Assembly: GCA_964372495.1 (NCBI GenBank)
Contig: CAYJQU010000001.1
Location: forward strand, 2,935 to 66,934
DNA: 64,000 nt
Source: an uncultured Gammaproteobacteria bacterium
GTDB lineage: Bacteria; Patescibacteriota; Microgenomatia; JAUYPR01
Direction: 5' to 3'
Shown: one piece after another, positions 19,329 to 29,251 of the stretch
Layout: each line of letters opens with the position of its first letter
Position numbering within the stretch: the first letter of the stretch is position 1
Made by a program: the position numbers and the translations under genes
The notes under the pieces: generated by a model
The model's input: only the letters and a program-made list of their open reading frames with translations
Databases searched by the model: none
Told to the model about the DNA's origin: nothing

Positions 19329-20654
19329 CTATGGTGATGCAACACGTTCTTTGAGTTTGAGTAAAAAACCGAGTGACAGTGGCGCAAGGAGAACGGCAAT
19401 AGGTACGTAGATAATACCCCAGTAGTCATTGTAAGGTAGGGTGCCGAAGCGGAGGAATGCGAGCGGAAAGGGAAGAAAAGAGCTAAGTAAGATAAGACTA
19501 TCTCGCTTGAGCCCTCGATGATAGAGGTGTACACATCCCACTACTGCAAACACAAGAAATAAAATAAATGGCCGAAGGCCAAAGAAGAGGTACTCCCAGG
19601 AAGCAAAGGCTAGTGTTTGTTGCACAAAGAGCAGGCCGTTACTCACAACTCGAGGTGTAAAGAGAGTGCCCCATGCGTTTATAAAGGTGTCAACTCGTGT
19701 GACATGGTAAAGAAAGACCAGACTAAAAACTACAAAGGGAAGAAGGAGGGAAACGACCAATCGTCTCTCTCGGAGTAGCGCAAACACAAAGAGCAGCCCA
19801 ATCGGTAGCAGATATACTTCGCGAATTAATACTGTCAGCGTAAAGAGGATCGTAGCTATCATTAGACGTCTGTTTAACAGTGTGTAGATGCCAGCAATGA
19901 AAGGCACAACTGACCACCACTCCGTCTCTAAAAACATTTGATCTCTCATGGCATAGTGGAAGTAGGGGAATAGAAGATAAGGGGAAAGCAAACCGAGGTC
20001 TGGCTTCAAATATCTACACGAGATACCGTACGCCAGATACAGGATGCCAACACTGAGGACGAGATACACTGCCCATATACCGACGGCACTTTGCCCAGGA
20101 ATGGCTTTCCATATAAGCAAGATGGTAGGGAGTCGCCAACCCCAAACATCGCCGGGAACGATTTGCTGAAATTTTCCTAGTTGTGCCTGTTTGTATGCCT
20201 CGTAATAATCCGCACCCCCTTCCATAAGTTGGTAGGTTTTAAGAAACATACCCGGATCGTTATTATAGGTTCCCACGGGCAGCTCTCTCCCCAGAAACTG
20301 CCGGAGGTCTCCACTTGTGACGATTGCGCTTGCCACAAAACTAATAAGGAGCACGAAAATAGCAATCCTCTGGTACCCCTTTCGAAGGGTTAGATAGATT
20401 CCAGTTGTAGCGCCAATTAATATCCCGAGCAGTATAGGAAAAGTTATCGTTTTAGTTAACGCTACTACAAGACATGCTGCCGCGGTAGTCAGGAGAGCTA
20501 ATACAAGACGAGTACGTGCTGCGAAGATGGGTAGAGAGAAACCAAATACAAAAAATAGTAGGAAAGAATCAAGAGTATTTTGGGGCAAGGGATTGCCAAG
20601 TCCAAGGAGTAGTAAGAATGCTTTCGCAAGCTCGGCAAGCATGGGACCAACCAT
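19329..20654 (-). CDS. Polytopic integral membrane protein of unknown function (possible GT-C-like or polymerase-like)
   Basis: 441 aa, at least 10 predicted TM segments, no recognisable soluble domain. Convergent with the upstream + operon and divergent from the 20730 gene. Confidence 0.5.
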   Translation of the reverse strand: MVGPMLAELAKAFLLLLGLGNPLPQNTLDSFLLFFVFGFSLPIFAARTRLVLALLTTAAACLVVALTKTITFPILLGILIGATTGIYLTLRKGYQRIAIFVLLISFVASAIVTSGDLRQFLGRELPVGTYNNDPGMFLKTYQLMEGGADYYEAYKQAQLGKFQQIVPGDVWGWRLPTILLIWKAIPGQSAVGIWAVYLVLSVGILYLAYGISCRYLKPDLGLLSPYLLFPYFHYAMRDQMFLETEWWSVVPFIAGIYTLLNRRLMIATILFTLTVLIREVYLLPIGLLFVFALLRERRLVVSLLLPFVVFSLVFLYHVTRVDTFINAWGTLFTPRVVSNGLLFVQQTLAFASWEYLFFGLRPFILFLVFAVVGCVHLYHRGLKRDSLILLSSFLPFPLAFLRFGTLPYNDYWGIIYVPIAVLLAPLSLGFLLKLKERVASP

Positions 20655-20729
20655 AACAAAATACCTTATGGGTGTAAATATGAACCGTGCGTGTTGCAGG
20701 ACGTATCAGTTTCCTTTACACTTCCCTGG

Positions 20730-22325
20730 ATGCACGTACGTATTGCATTGGGTTTGATTCTTGCTACTGCAGCGTTTTTGCGTCTGTACCATTTAGGTAG
20801 CAATCCTCCAAGCTTGTATTGGGATGAAGTAAGTCTTGGGTATAACGCCTACAGCATTTTACAGACTGCGCGTGATGAGCACGGCACCTTTTTACCCGTA
20901 GCCACATTTCCTGCGTTTGGTGACTATAAACCGCCGGGATACATTTATACAGTTGTTCCTTCGATAGCGCTATTTGGTTTGACTGAGTTTGCAGTTCGAT
21001 TTCCTTCCGCCGTCTTTGGTATAGCATCGGTACTGCTTATGTTTCTTCTCGGGCGTGTGCTACATTCGCCGCGCCTGGGGATTGTTGCAGCCTGTCTCCT
21101 TACCTTATCGCCTTGGCATCTCCAGCTGACTCGGGGGGCTTTTGAATCGAATATGGCCACCACCCTTGTTCTCTTGGGTGTGTATGCGTGGGTGAAATCT
21201 ACCAAGGCAAATCCGTGGTGGGCGTTGGTTGCCGCCGCAAGCTTTGCGTTGTCTATGTACACCTTTAATGCGCAAAGGCTAATGGCGCCTATTTTTGCGG
21301 CCACACTGGCGCTCGTTTCATGGCCGCACGTAAAAAAGAATATCCGGGTATATCTTGCCTGTGCAGCGACCGCTGTTCTCCTGGTGCTTCCTTTAATCCC
21401 GCATCTTTTATCAGACGAGGGGCAGCTAAGATACCGAGAGGTCAATATTTTTTCGGACGTCGATTTGGTCACCAAAAATGTGTATCGCATGGAGCAGGAT
21501 AATAGTTTCGGGTGGCCGGTGCTCATACACAATCGACGCCTAGAGTATGCCTATCAATTTCTTGATCACTATCTTGATCATTTCAACGGGGATTTTCTCT
21601 TTGTGCGTGGGGATATCAATCCGAGGCTTTCTTCCCAAGTGGTAGGGGGGCTGTATGCTCCGGAGCTTATCTTTATAGTAGTTGGTGCGTACGCTCTCTT
21701 CAAAAAAAAGATTCCCTTCCGATGGTTCTTGATGGCATGGCTGCTTGTGGCCCCTATTCCTGCGGGTTTTGCTCGGGAGACTCCGCATGCCCTGAGGGCT
21801 CTTGCAATGCTGCCTCCGCTGATTTTTATTTCATCGTTTGGCCTTCTCCATCTTGGTAGCGTGCTGCGAGGATATGGTCGGCACCTAGTCCTGTTGTTAC
21901 CTGCCATACTGCTAATGCCGGCCCTTGCGTACCTCCATTATTATCACAAGCACTATCCCATTGAATATGCTGGTGAGTGGCAGTATGGGTACAAGCAGGC
22001 TGTTGAGCTTATGCAGAATCACCCGGATAAAAAGGTAGTCATGACCACGCAGTATGGCAGACCCTATATTTATTTTTTGTTCTACACACGCTATGATCCC
22101 CGTCAGTTTTGGCAGTATAGAGACAAAACGTACAAGGATCAGTATGGGGTGTACTGGGTAACTGGATTTGACCGATTTTCATTTCGCGAGCCGGACTTCA
22201 GCAGAGAGACTCCACGGGATGATACGTTGTATATTGTTGGTCCGGGGAAATTGCCTCCTGGAGACGATATAGTGTACATCAGAAATTTGGATGGCCGCGT
22301 TGTGTTTGAAGCAGCAGTACGTTGA
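20730..22325 (+). CDS. PMT_2/ArnT-like GT-C membrane glycosyltransferase, paralog 5
   Basis: YWDEVSLGYNAYSILQTARDEHGTFLPVATFPAFGDYKPP and SPWHLQLTR. Start chosen at MHVRIALG by analogy with the paralogs; the ORF track starts at 20691. Confidence 0.75.
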   Translation: MHVRIALGLILATAAFLRLYHLGSNPPSLYWDEVSLGYNAYSILQTARDEHGTFLPVATFPAFGDYKPPGYIYTVVPSIALFGLTEFAVRFPSAVFGIASVLLMFLLGRVLHSPRLGIVAACLLTLSPWHLQLTRGAFESNMATTLVLLGVYAWVKSTKANPWWALVAAASFALSMYTFNAQRLMAPIFAATLALVSWPHVKKNIRVYLACAATAVLLVLPLIPHLLSDEGQLRYREVNIFSDVDLVTKNVYRMEQDNSFGWPVLIHNRRLEYAYQFLDHYLDHFNGDFLFVRGDINPRLSSQVVGGLYAPELIFIVVGAYALFKKKIPFRWFLMAWLLVAPIPAGFARETPHALRALAMLPPLIFISSFGLLHLGSVLRGYGRHLVLLLPAILLMPALAYLHYYHKHYPIEYAGEWQYGYKQAVELMQNHPDKKVVMTTQYGRPYIYFLFYTRYDPRQFWQYRDKTYKDQYGVYWVTGFDRFSFREPDFSRETPRDDTLYIVGPGKLPPGDDIVYIRNLDGRVVFEAAVR

Positions 22326-22327
22326 GT

Positions 22328-23977
22328 ATGAAACCTAGGGCACTACTCTTGCTGACGTGCGTTGTTGTCCTGGCCGCATTTCTCCGTCTGTATCGCCTCG
22401 GCGAGGTACCGGTTAATCTCAACTGGGATGAGGCAGCTAGTGGATACAACGCCTATAGTATATTACTCACTGGAAAAGATGAGTTTGGCCGTTCCTGGCC
22501 AGTATTCTTTGAGTCATTCAATGACTTTAAGCACCCTGGCCTTATTTATTCGATTGTTCCTTCGATTGCACTGTTTGGCCTAACACCTTTTGCAGTGCGG
22601 TTGCCGTCAGTTCTCTACGGTACTCTCACGGTACTGGTGGTGTTTTTCCTTGCTCGGCGTTTACTGAAACACGAAAACGGAGCCCTGCTGAGCTCCTTGC
22701 TGCTTGCGCTTTCGCCATGGCACATCCAAGTAAGCCGAGTGGCATTCGAGCAGATTGGGATGATCTTTTTTGTAGTGCTCGGGGTATGGGTGGTGATGAA
22801 AGCATTTGAGCATCCCCGGTGGTATCCGGCTGCATTTGCGGCACTGGCTGCCTCTTTTTACTTTTACTACAGTGTTCGTCTCTTCCTGCCCTTCTTTGCT
22901 TTGGGGCTGCTGTTTCTTTACCTCAAAACGGTGCGAGAGCATTTCCGCTGGGTTGCGGTGGGCGCGCTCGTTGGTGCCCTTCTGCTTTTACCTCTGACAA
23001 TCCAGGTGCTGTCTCCAAAGGGTATCGTGCGCGCGTCTCAAGTGAGCATCTTTACTGATGAAGGTATCAATCTGCACCAGCGGGAGTGGCGAGCCGAGCA
23101 TGGGTACGGTTTGCTTGGGCGTCTGTTGCATCAGAAGATGACTACCTGGGCTAGCGCTGCCGCTTCTGGTTATGTATCACACTTTTCGCTACCCTTCCTC
23201 TTTTTTGATAATGAGCAGGTAGGGCGACATGCGCCGCGCAGGATGGGTATGATGTATGCTATTGAACTGCCATTTCTCCTCTTGGGCATCTATCATCTGA
23301 TACAGAGAAGACGGAGGGAAAGCCTAGTGCTACTTGCATGGTTCCTTTTGGCGCCAGTGCCTGCGATGTTTGCAATACCGACACCGCATGCGCTACGCGC
23401 GATCTTGATGGTCATCCCGCTTGCCATCTTTGTTGCGTTGGGAATGGTGAAGTTCTACTCCTTTATTGCGAGGAGCAGGCTCTCACTCCTTTCCGTTTTT
23501 CTCTTTGGTATCGTGGGGGTTTGGTCTGTCGGATACTACCTTGATAACTATTACACGCATTCGGCCAAACTCTCCTCACGGGATTGGGCTGACGGCCATA
23601 AGCAACTGTTCGCTTTCGTGTCTCCGATTGTTGATCGCTATGAAAAAGTGGCAATGACTGGTTTCCACTGGAGGCCGTATATCTTTATGCTCTTCTATAT
23701 GAAGGTTGACCCGTCAACCTGGCAGGCACAGTATAATCACGCGCATTTTGGTAAGTGGTACTACGACATTTCAGGCTGGGATACGCAGGATCAGCATTAT
23801 CGCCCTGACTTTAATTGGGATAAGATTATTGAGAGTAGCGGGACGCTTGTTATATTAAGCGAAGAGGAAGCGAGTAAGTTCTTGGATAAGGAAGGACGAC
23901 GTGGAGGTTATCGAATACTTACCAGTATCTATGCGGCCGACGGGAATAAAATGTTTGAGGTGATGGAACAACTATGA
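22328..23977 (+). CDS. PMT_2/ArnT-like GT-C membrane glycosyltransferase, paralog 6
   Basis: NWDEAASGYNAYSILLTGKDEFGRSWPVFFESFNDFKHP and SPWHIQVSR. First ATG in frame; a TTG at 22322 is possible. Confidence 0.75.
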   Translation: MKPRALLLLTCVVVLAAFLRLYRLGEVPVNLNWDEAASGYNAYSILLTGKDEFGRSWPVFFESFNDFKHPGLIYSIVPSIALFGLTPFAVRLPSVLYGTLTVLVVFFLARRLLKHENGALLSSLLLALSPWHIQVSRVAFEQIGMIFFVVLGVWVVMKAFEHPRWYPAAFAALAASFYFYYSVRLFLPFFALGLLFLYLKTVREHFRWVAVGALVGALLLLPLTIQVLSPKGIVRASQVSIFTDEGINLHQREWRAEHGYGLLGRLLHQKMTTWASAAASGYVSHFSLPFLFFDNEQVGRHAPRRMGMMYAIELPFLLLGIYHLIQRRRRESLVLLAWFLLAPVPAMFAIPTPHALRAILMVIPLAIFVALGMVKFYSFIARSRLSLLSVFLFGIVGVWSVGYYLDNYYTHSAKLSSRDWADGHKQLFAFVSPIVDRYEKVAMTGFHWRPYIFMLFYMKVDPSTWQAQYNHAHFGKWYYDISGWDTQDQHYRPDFNWDKIIESSGTLVILSEEEASKFLDKEGRRGGYRILTSIYAADGNKMFEVMEQL

Positions 23978-24693
23978 AAAGGTTAGAGATTCTGGTCCTT
24001 ATTCCGACATACAACGAGAGGGAAAATGTGCCATTACTGGTGCAAGAGGTACTAGGTATCCGAGATGATATCGGCATTGTTATCGTGGATGATAACTCAC
24101 CTGATGGAACCGGCGCTGTCGCTGAGGAGCTGGCGAGGAAATACCCGGATCGTGTGCATGTGATCCACCGCAAAGGAGAACGGGGGAGAGGAACTGCTGG
24201 AGTACGAGGATTCAAGTATATTATTACTCAGCCTGCTACGTTTGCTCTCGAGATGGACGCCGACTTTTCGCACGACCCGAAATACGTACCAGAGTTTTTA
24301 AAGGAGATTGCGTATTATGATGTAGTAGTCGGATCGCGTTTTGTACGAGGTGGCAAGGATGCTCATCGGACTATCCTGCGGCGCATCATGAGTCTCGCTA
24401 GTCGTCTCGTGTACCGAGCCATTCTCGGGCTTCCTCTTACCGACATTGGGAGCGGTTACAAATGTTATCGGATGGAGGTGTTGCGGTCGCTCCCATGGGA
24501 GCGGTTTTACTCGTACGGCATATCGATTAGCATGGAGGAGCTATTCCGTATTGCTCGCAAAGGCTATAGAGTCAAGGAGATTCCAATCGAGTTTTATGAC
24601 CGACGTTCTGGGAAGTCGAAATTAACGTTGTCAGATGCGATAGAGCCAGCTATTGTTGCCGTTCGTTTAGTACTGAGCCTCGGTAGAGCATAA
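23974..24693 (+). CDS. GT2 polyprenyl-phosphate mannose/glucose synthase (Dpm1-like)
   Basis: LVLIPTYNERENV...IVIVDDNSPDGTG...EMDADFSHDP...GSRF. Classic Dpm1/Ppm1 motif order. ATGA overlap. Confidence 0.8.
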   Translation: MKRLEILVLIPTYNERENVPLLVQEVLGIRDDIGIVIVDDNSPDGTGAVAEELARKYPDRVHVIHRKGERGRGTAGVRGFKYIITQPATFALEMDADFSHDPKYVPEFLKEIAYYDVVVGSRFVRGGKDAHRTILRRIMSLASRLVYRAILGLPLTDIGSGYKCYRMEVLRSLPWERFYSYGISISMEELFRIARKGYRVKEIPIEFYDRRSGKSKLTLSDAIEPAIVAVRLVLSLGRA

Positions 24694-24697
24694 ACCG

Positions 24698-26218
24698 CTA
24701 CAGAGGAATATCCGCAGCTATAATCGGCCAGGCAGGTTCGGTTGCGACCGCACGTCCTGGATGCCGGTATCTGAGTTTATAGAGCTTAAGCGAGTCGGTT
24801 ATCACCCACCCATTTTCCACGTCGTAGGGTCCTGGCGCGTACAATTCATTGTATTGAGCGCGCAGCACTTTTTGCAGGGAATTTGCAAGCACATAGATAG
24901 CATCGCTTTGACCAAACCCTTCCGCGCCTAATAAAACAATGCCGTTGATGGTCACAAAATAGCGATACGGATGTGCCAGGATATCGCTGTCTTCCAGTGA
25001 GAGTAAATTCGCCCGCTGTGTCTTGGTTGAGCTTTCTGCTATGTACCGAGCAACCTGTTGCATGCGAGGTAGTGGCACGGTGTCCGGCGTCTTCGTAAGA
25101 TGGTAATGCAAGAAAATCGCTATGCCAAAGGCCCACACGGTAATAAAGAGCGTACGATACATCCGCTCTTTCCAGAAACGACTAACGATCAACATCTGCA
25201 ATAGCCAGAATGAGATCGCGAGCGGTAGCAGGTGGTACGCCTTCGTGTCTTCCTGGCTCAAGAGAGCGAGGAAGGGATACGTCAGAAGCAGCGTTATAAA
25301 GAATGTAAGTACTAGAAACTGCGCGAAGAGATCACCTTTCTTCCATCGGGTAACAAGCAGATAGAGCCCAATACCAAATTGTATAAGAGCTATGGTGGTG
25401 ATAAGCGGCGGAAAGAACGGCGAAACTGTAAGAGCAAGAAAACTGTTGGTATAGTTGTTAATAATAAGATCGCCGGGATGATTTTCCTGATTCTGCAATC
25501 GAGCAAGGATGGTGGTAGAGAAGCTAGTCCAGTGGTAAAACTGATGTCGCAAGTTAAACACAATAAGCGGGGAGAGAGCGAGCAGATACCCAGATGCTAA
25601 AGTGATTAGGTGTGAGAAATGAGTCTGTCGAGTAAGAGCGATCCATAAGATAAAGGTGAGCGGCAGCACTACGATACCACTTATGTGCACATGCAAAATC
25701 ATCCCTGCTAAGAACCCAGCGACAAATACGGCTCTGAGCGCTCGATTTTTGATGGCTTCCCAGAGCGACAGATAGTACAGCGGTACGAGTATCAAAAGTA
25801 ACGCAGGGGGAAACGGTTTGTTGCTGTAGGATACAAAAGCCATGCTTAGGGCAAATGTGAGTGCTGTGATACAGGCCACTTTTACATCAAACAACCGACT
25901 AGCAATGCGCCAAGAGAGAGCAACGCTTACTATCCCTATAAAGACGTTGAGAAGCCCAAGGCTGCGCGGGTCAAACTGCCCTATATACAGCGCTGGCATT
26001 CCTAAGTAGTAGTACAATGGCCCCATAGGTATCCGGAGATTGCTTTGGACGTCGCCGACGAGGGGTATCTTTTTAATCTGTAGAAGGGTATACAGCTCGT
26101 TTGTTATTCTGCTCTCGTCGACCATAAAGGGCATGTGGGTTGGCAGGTCGGCCAGTCGAACAAGGATTGCGATGGCAATAATTCCTACTAAAGTGAGTGT
26201 ATTTGTAAAATGATTCAT
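24698..26218 (-). CDS. Polytopic membrane protein, GT-C-like (ArnT/PMT-like topology)
   Basis: Start taken at MNHFTNTL (TM follows). Loop motif FMVDESRITNELY (DE). Many TM segments. The upstream 63 codons of the ORF track lack TM character and were not used. Confidence 0.55.
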   Translation of the reverse strand: MNHFTNTLTLVGIIAIAILVRLADLPTHMPFMVDESRITNELYTLLQIKKIPLVGDVQSNLRIPMGPLYYYLGMPALYIGQFDPRSLGLLNVFIGIVSVALSWRIASRLFDVKVACITALTFALSMAFVSYSNKPFPPALLLILVPLYYLSLWEAIKNRALRAVFVAGFLAGMILHVHISGIVVLPLTFILWIALTRQTHFSHLITLASGYLLALSPLIVFNLRHQFYHWTSFSTTILARLQNQENHPGDLIINNYTNSFLALTVSPFFPPLITTIALIQFGIGLYLLVTRWKKGDLFAQFLVLTFFITLLLTYPFLALLSQEDTKAYHLLPLAISFWLLQMLIVSRFWKERMYRTLFITVWAFGIAIFLHYHLTKTPDTVPLPRMQQVARYIAESSTKTQRANLLSLEDSDILAHPYRYFVTINGIVLLGAEGFGQSDAIYVLANSLQKVLRAQYNELYAPGPYDVENGWVITDSLKLYKLRYRHPGRAVATEPAWPIIAADIPL

Positions 26219-27910
26219 GTGCAAAAACAACAGGCAGTAGCGCTGGCATTGGTAATTCTTTCCTCGCTCATTGCGTTGCTGCCCTATTTTAGCAGAGGAA
26301 TTCCGCGTACGTATGACTCCTATCATCGCCTCAGCCGAGCGGCAAAGTATTACGTGGCCTTGCACCAACACCAAATTCCACCACGCTGGATAGGGACTGT
26401 GGACCACGGGGTAGGAAGCCCGATTTTCGGTTATTTGTATCCTTTGGGTTACGTAATTACTGCTCTGTTACATATGGGTGGAGTGACGCTTATAGACGCT
26501 ATGCGCTTCTTGTATATTGCGGGATTTATGGCCTCTGGACTTACTATGTATTTGTTTCTCAGGACCCAGTTTAGTACTCTTGCCTCACTCACCGGCGCGT
26601 TGCTATATCAGTGGGCCCCCTACAGAACGGTACAGCTCTATGTGCGAGGTGCCCCTGAAGAAATCATCGGGTACGCGCTAGTGCCTCTTATATTCCTGTC
26701 CCTCTATCGCATATATCGGGATCAAAAACATGCTTGGTTTGTATGTGGTTTGCTGATGGGTTTACTTATTCTTACAATCGGGACGGTTACCGTTCTCTTT
26801 ATGCCCCTCCTCGTCAGTTTCGTTGTGGGGTTAACTATTCTATTTCGCAAGCTAGCATACATAAGGCAGTTTACAAAATCAGTAGTGCTCGCGGTTGCTA
26901 TCGGATCGATTATTCTCATACCTTACTTTTTTGAACGATCTCTTATCCAACTTAATAATGTCTATGCTGTATACAAAGATAATTTTATATCTCTTACCTC
27001 CCTTATTCATGCTCGATGGACCTTTGTTCCTACACCCCAGGAGCTTGGAAAACCTCACCTGTTGGTTTTGGCATTGAGCGCCTACATTATATTTAAGCGG
27101 CGTATTGCATCTGTCTTCCTTCGCTATCTTTTTATTATGCTCATTGCATGGGCGGTGCTATATCTGCTCTTGGCAGTCGATAATCCATTCACCCGTACAA
27201 TGTGGCAGCATGCTTCATTTCTCAAGGTGGTTTATGTTCCTACCTTACTGTTAGGGCCCTTGGTATTTTTTACAAGTACACTCGCCGCTTTCTTAATCTC
27301 GCTACTGCGCTACAGAGTGTTACTCAGTACTGTGCTCGTATGGTCAGCATTAGTCCTCAATATCTCGGCAGTAAAGGCTGAGTCCTATATGTATGAGCAT
27401 GACGCGAATTTGTATTCACTCAATGGCACTACGGCAGGGTTTGATGAGTTTCTTCCTGTCGCCGCGCGCAAATTCGGAGACTTTTTCATCCAGGCTGAGG
27501 CCCTCACGCCTGTATTGGGGTCACTTCAATACACGATACTGCAACAGAGGTATCACAGTTGGATAGTATCGTTCAATGCTGCTAGCGATGACCGGCTCAT
27601 TATTCATCAACTCTATTTTCCAGGGTGGCGTGCACGTATTGACGGTCGTGCGGTTCCGCTTGGCTACACGATGCCCTCAAAGGACGAAGCGGTAGCAAAG
27701 AAAACGCTTGATCAGGGACTTATGGTGGTATCTATACCACGCGGTGTCCATACGCTGACCCTTGAGTACAAAGGTACGCTCGGCCAGAAAGCTGGGGAAT
27801 TGATTACGGGTTTGGGATTAGTTTTTATTGCAGGGTATGGTCTTGTACACCGCGACTATATCTGGAGACACATTCGTAAGCGAGATGCACGCAGTAACAC
27901 TTTGGTGTAG
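26210..27910 (+). CDS. Divergent YfhO-like polytopic membrane protein
   Basis: 566 aa. N-terminal YDSYHRLSRAAKYY...PPRWIGTVDHGVGSP is shared with the 40347(-) and 54844(-) genes. C-terminal LYFPGWRARIDGRAVP matches the YfhO C-terminal motif. Confidence 0.6.
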   Translation: MIHVQKQQAVALALVILSSLIALLPYFSRGIPRTYDSYHRLSRAAKYYVALHQHQIPPRWIGTVDHGVGSPIFGYLYPLGYVITALLHMGGVTLIDAMRFLYIAGFMASGLTMYLFLRTQFSTLASLTGALLYQWAPYRTVQLYVRGAPEEIIGYALVPLIFLSLYRIYRDQKHAWFVCGLLMGLLILTIGTVTVLFMPLLVSFVVGLTILFRKLAYIRQFTKSVVLAVAIGSIILIPYFFERSLIQLNNVYAVYKDNFISLTSLIHARWTFVPTPQELGKPHLLVLALSAYIIFKRRIASVFLRYLFIMLIAWAVLYLLLAVDNPFTRTMWQHASFLKVVYVPTLLLGPLVFFTSTLAAFLISLLRYRVLLSTVLVWSALVLNISAVKAESYMYEHDANLYSLNGTTAGFDEFLPVAARKFGDFFIQAEALTPVLGSLQYTILQQRYHSWIVSFNAASDDRLIIHQLYFPGWRARIDGRAVPLGYTMPSKDEAVAKKTLDQGLMVVSIPRGVHTLTLEYKGTLGQKAGELITGLGLVFIAGYGLVHRDYIWRHIRKRDARSNTLV

Positions 27911-27927
27911 AATTACCCTGTTGCCTT

Positions 27928-28536
27928 ATGCGAGATGACATTGATGCATACATCGGTGAGTACGTGGGTAGTCTTAGGAAACTGCTCGACGAACTTCCCC
28001 GAGAACCGTTGATTGCCGCATTTGAAATGCTGTGGGCCGCCTACCGGCAAGATAAGCAGATCTTCTTTTGTGGAAACGGCGGGAGTGCCGCATCCTCCTC
28101 ACATAGCGCCCAGGATTTAGCAAAAGGATCCATGGGGCGCAAGGGCGACCTACCAGTGAAAGCAGTCAGGGCGATAGCATTGACAAACGATATTGGACAG
28201 ATAACCGCGTGGGCCAACGACGTAAGTTACGAGTATATCTTTGCGGGGCAGTTGAAGATTCTTATGAACCCAGGAGATGTCCTTATTGGTATCTCTGGTA
28301 GCGGCAACTCGCCTAACGTGCTGCGCGCCCTTACGTTCGCAAAGGAGCGTGGGGGCAGGACTATTGCGCTTGTGGCGTTTGACGGCGGCAAAATGAGGCA
28401 GCTTGCCGATATTGTGGTCCATATCCCAAGTACCCATTATGGGCAGCTTGAGGACGTTCATATGTCCATTGGGCATATGATGGCATATTGGATGCAGAAG
28501 AGGATTCTGGAAGAACAACACCAAAGGGAAGCATAA
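27928..28536 (+). CDS. gmhA: D-sedoheptulose-7-phosphate isomerase (SIS domain)
   Basis: 202 aa. FFCGNGGSAASSSHSAQD and ISGSGNSPNV, which are the SIS/GmhA signature, with typical length. First gene of the heptose cassette. Confidence 0.8.
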   Translation: MRDDIDAYIGEYVGSLRKLLDELPREPLIAAFEMLWAAYRQDKQIFFCGNGGSAASSSHSAQDLAKGSMGRKGDLPVKAVRAIALTNDIGQITAWANDVSYEYIFAGQLKILMNPGDVLIGISGSGNSPNVLRALTFAKERGGRTIALVAFDGGKMRQLADIVVHIPSTHYGQLEDVHMSIGHMMAYWMQKRILEEQHQREA

Positions 28537-28542
28537 AGGCGT

Positions 28543-29250
28543 ATGAAAGCAGTGATTTTGGCCGGCGGCCTCGGAGCGAAAGTGCAACATTTGGTCCCGG
28601 ATCGTCCTAAGCCCATGGCTGATATCGCCGGCAAGCCCTTCCTCGCGTATGTAGTTGATCAGCTGAAGCGCCAGGGTATCACCCAACTCGTGCTATGTCT
28701 CCACTATCTACCTGAAGTCATTATTAACTACTTCGGTGACGGGAAAGAGCAGGGTCTTCAGATCGAATATTCCGTGGAGAATCGACTTATGGGGACAGGT
28801 GGTGCTCTCAAGCATGCACAACACTATATTGATGAGAGCCCCTTTTTCGTATTGAATGGTGATACCTATATTGAGTTACAGTACGGCAAGATGGTACAGT
28901 TCCATACCAAGCACCAGGGGATTGGTACCATCGCCCTGAGCACATCTCAGGATATTTCCGAGTATGGACTGATCAAAACGGAAGGTGACGGACGAATTAC
29001 GCTGTTTGGCGAGAAGCTGAGAAATTTACACATCAGTGGCCAGATCAATGGAGGTGTGTATCTACTGGAGTCGGAAATCTTGGACCTAATAGCTCCTTCT
29101 GAACCAACCTCGCTTGAGAAGGAAGTGTTTCCGAGCTTGCTGTATCTTGATCGACCGCTCTATGGATTCAAAACAGAGCGGATGTTCGTGGATATCGGCT
29201 TACCAGAGCAATTGGAGCGGGCAAAGCTTATATTGCCCAAGAGACCATAA
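28543..29250 (+). CDS. hddC: Sugar-1-phosphate nucleotidyltransferase, probable D-glycero-alpha-D-manno-heptose-1-phosphate guanylyltransferase
   Basis: MKAVILAGGLGAK...RPKPM...GKP...GTGGAL...LNGD, an NTP-transferase fold. Sits between gmhA and hddA. Confidence 0.65.
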   Translation: MKAVILAGGLGAKVQHLVPDRPKPMADIAGKPFLAYVVDQLKRQGITQLVLCLHYLPEVIINYFGDGKEQGLQIEYSVENRLMGTGGALKHAQHYIDESPFFVLNGDTYIELQYGKMVQFHTKHQGIGTIALSTSQDISEYGLIKTEGDGRITLFGEKLRNLHISGQINGGVYLLESEILDLIAPSEPTSLEKEVFPSLLYLDRPLYGFKTERMFVDIGLPEQLERAKLILPKRP

Positions 29251-29251
29251 G

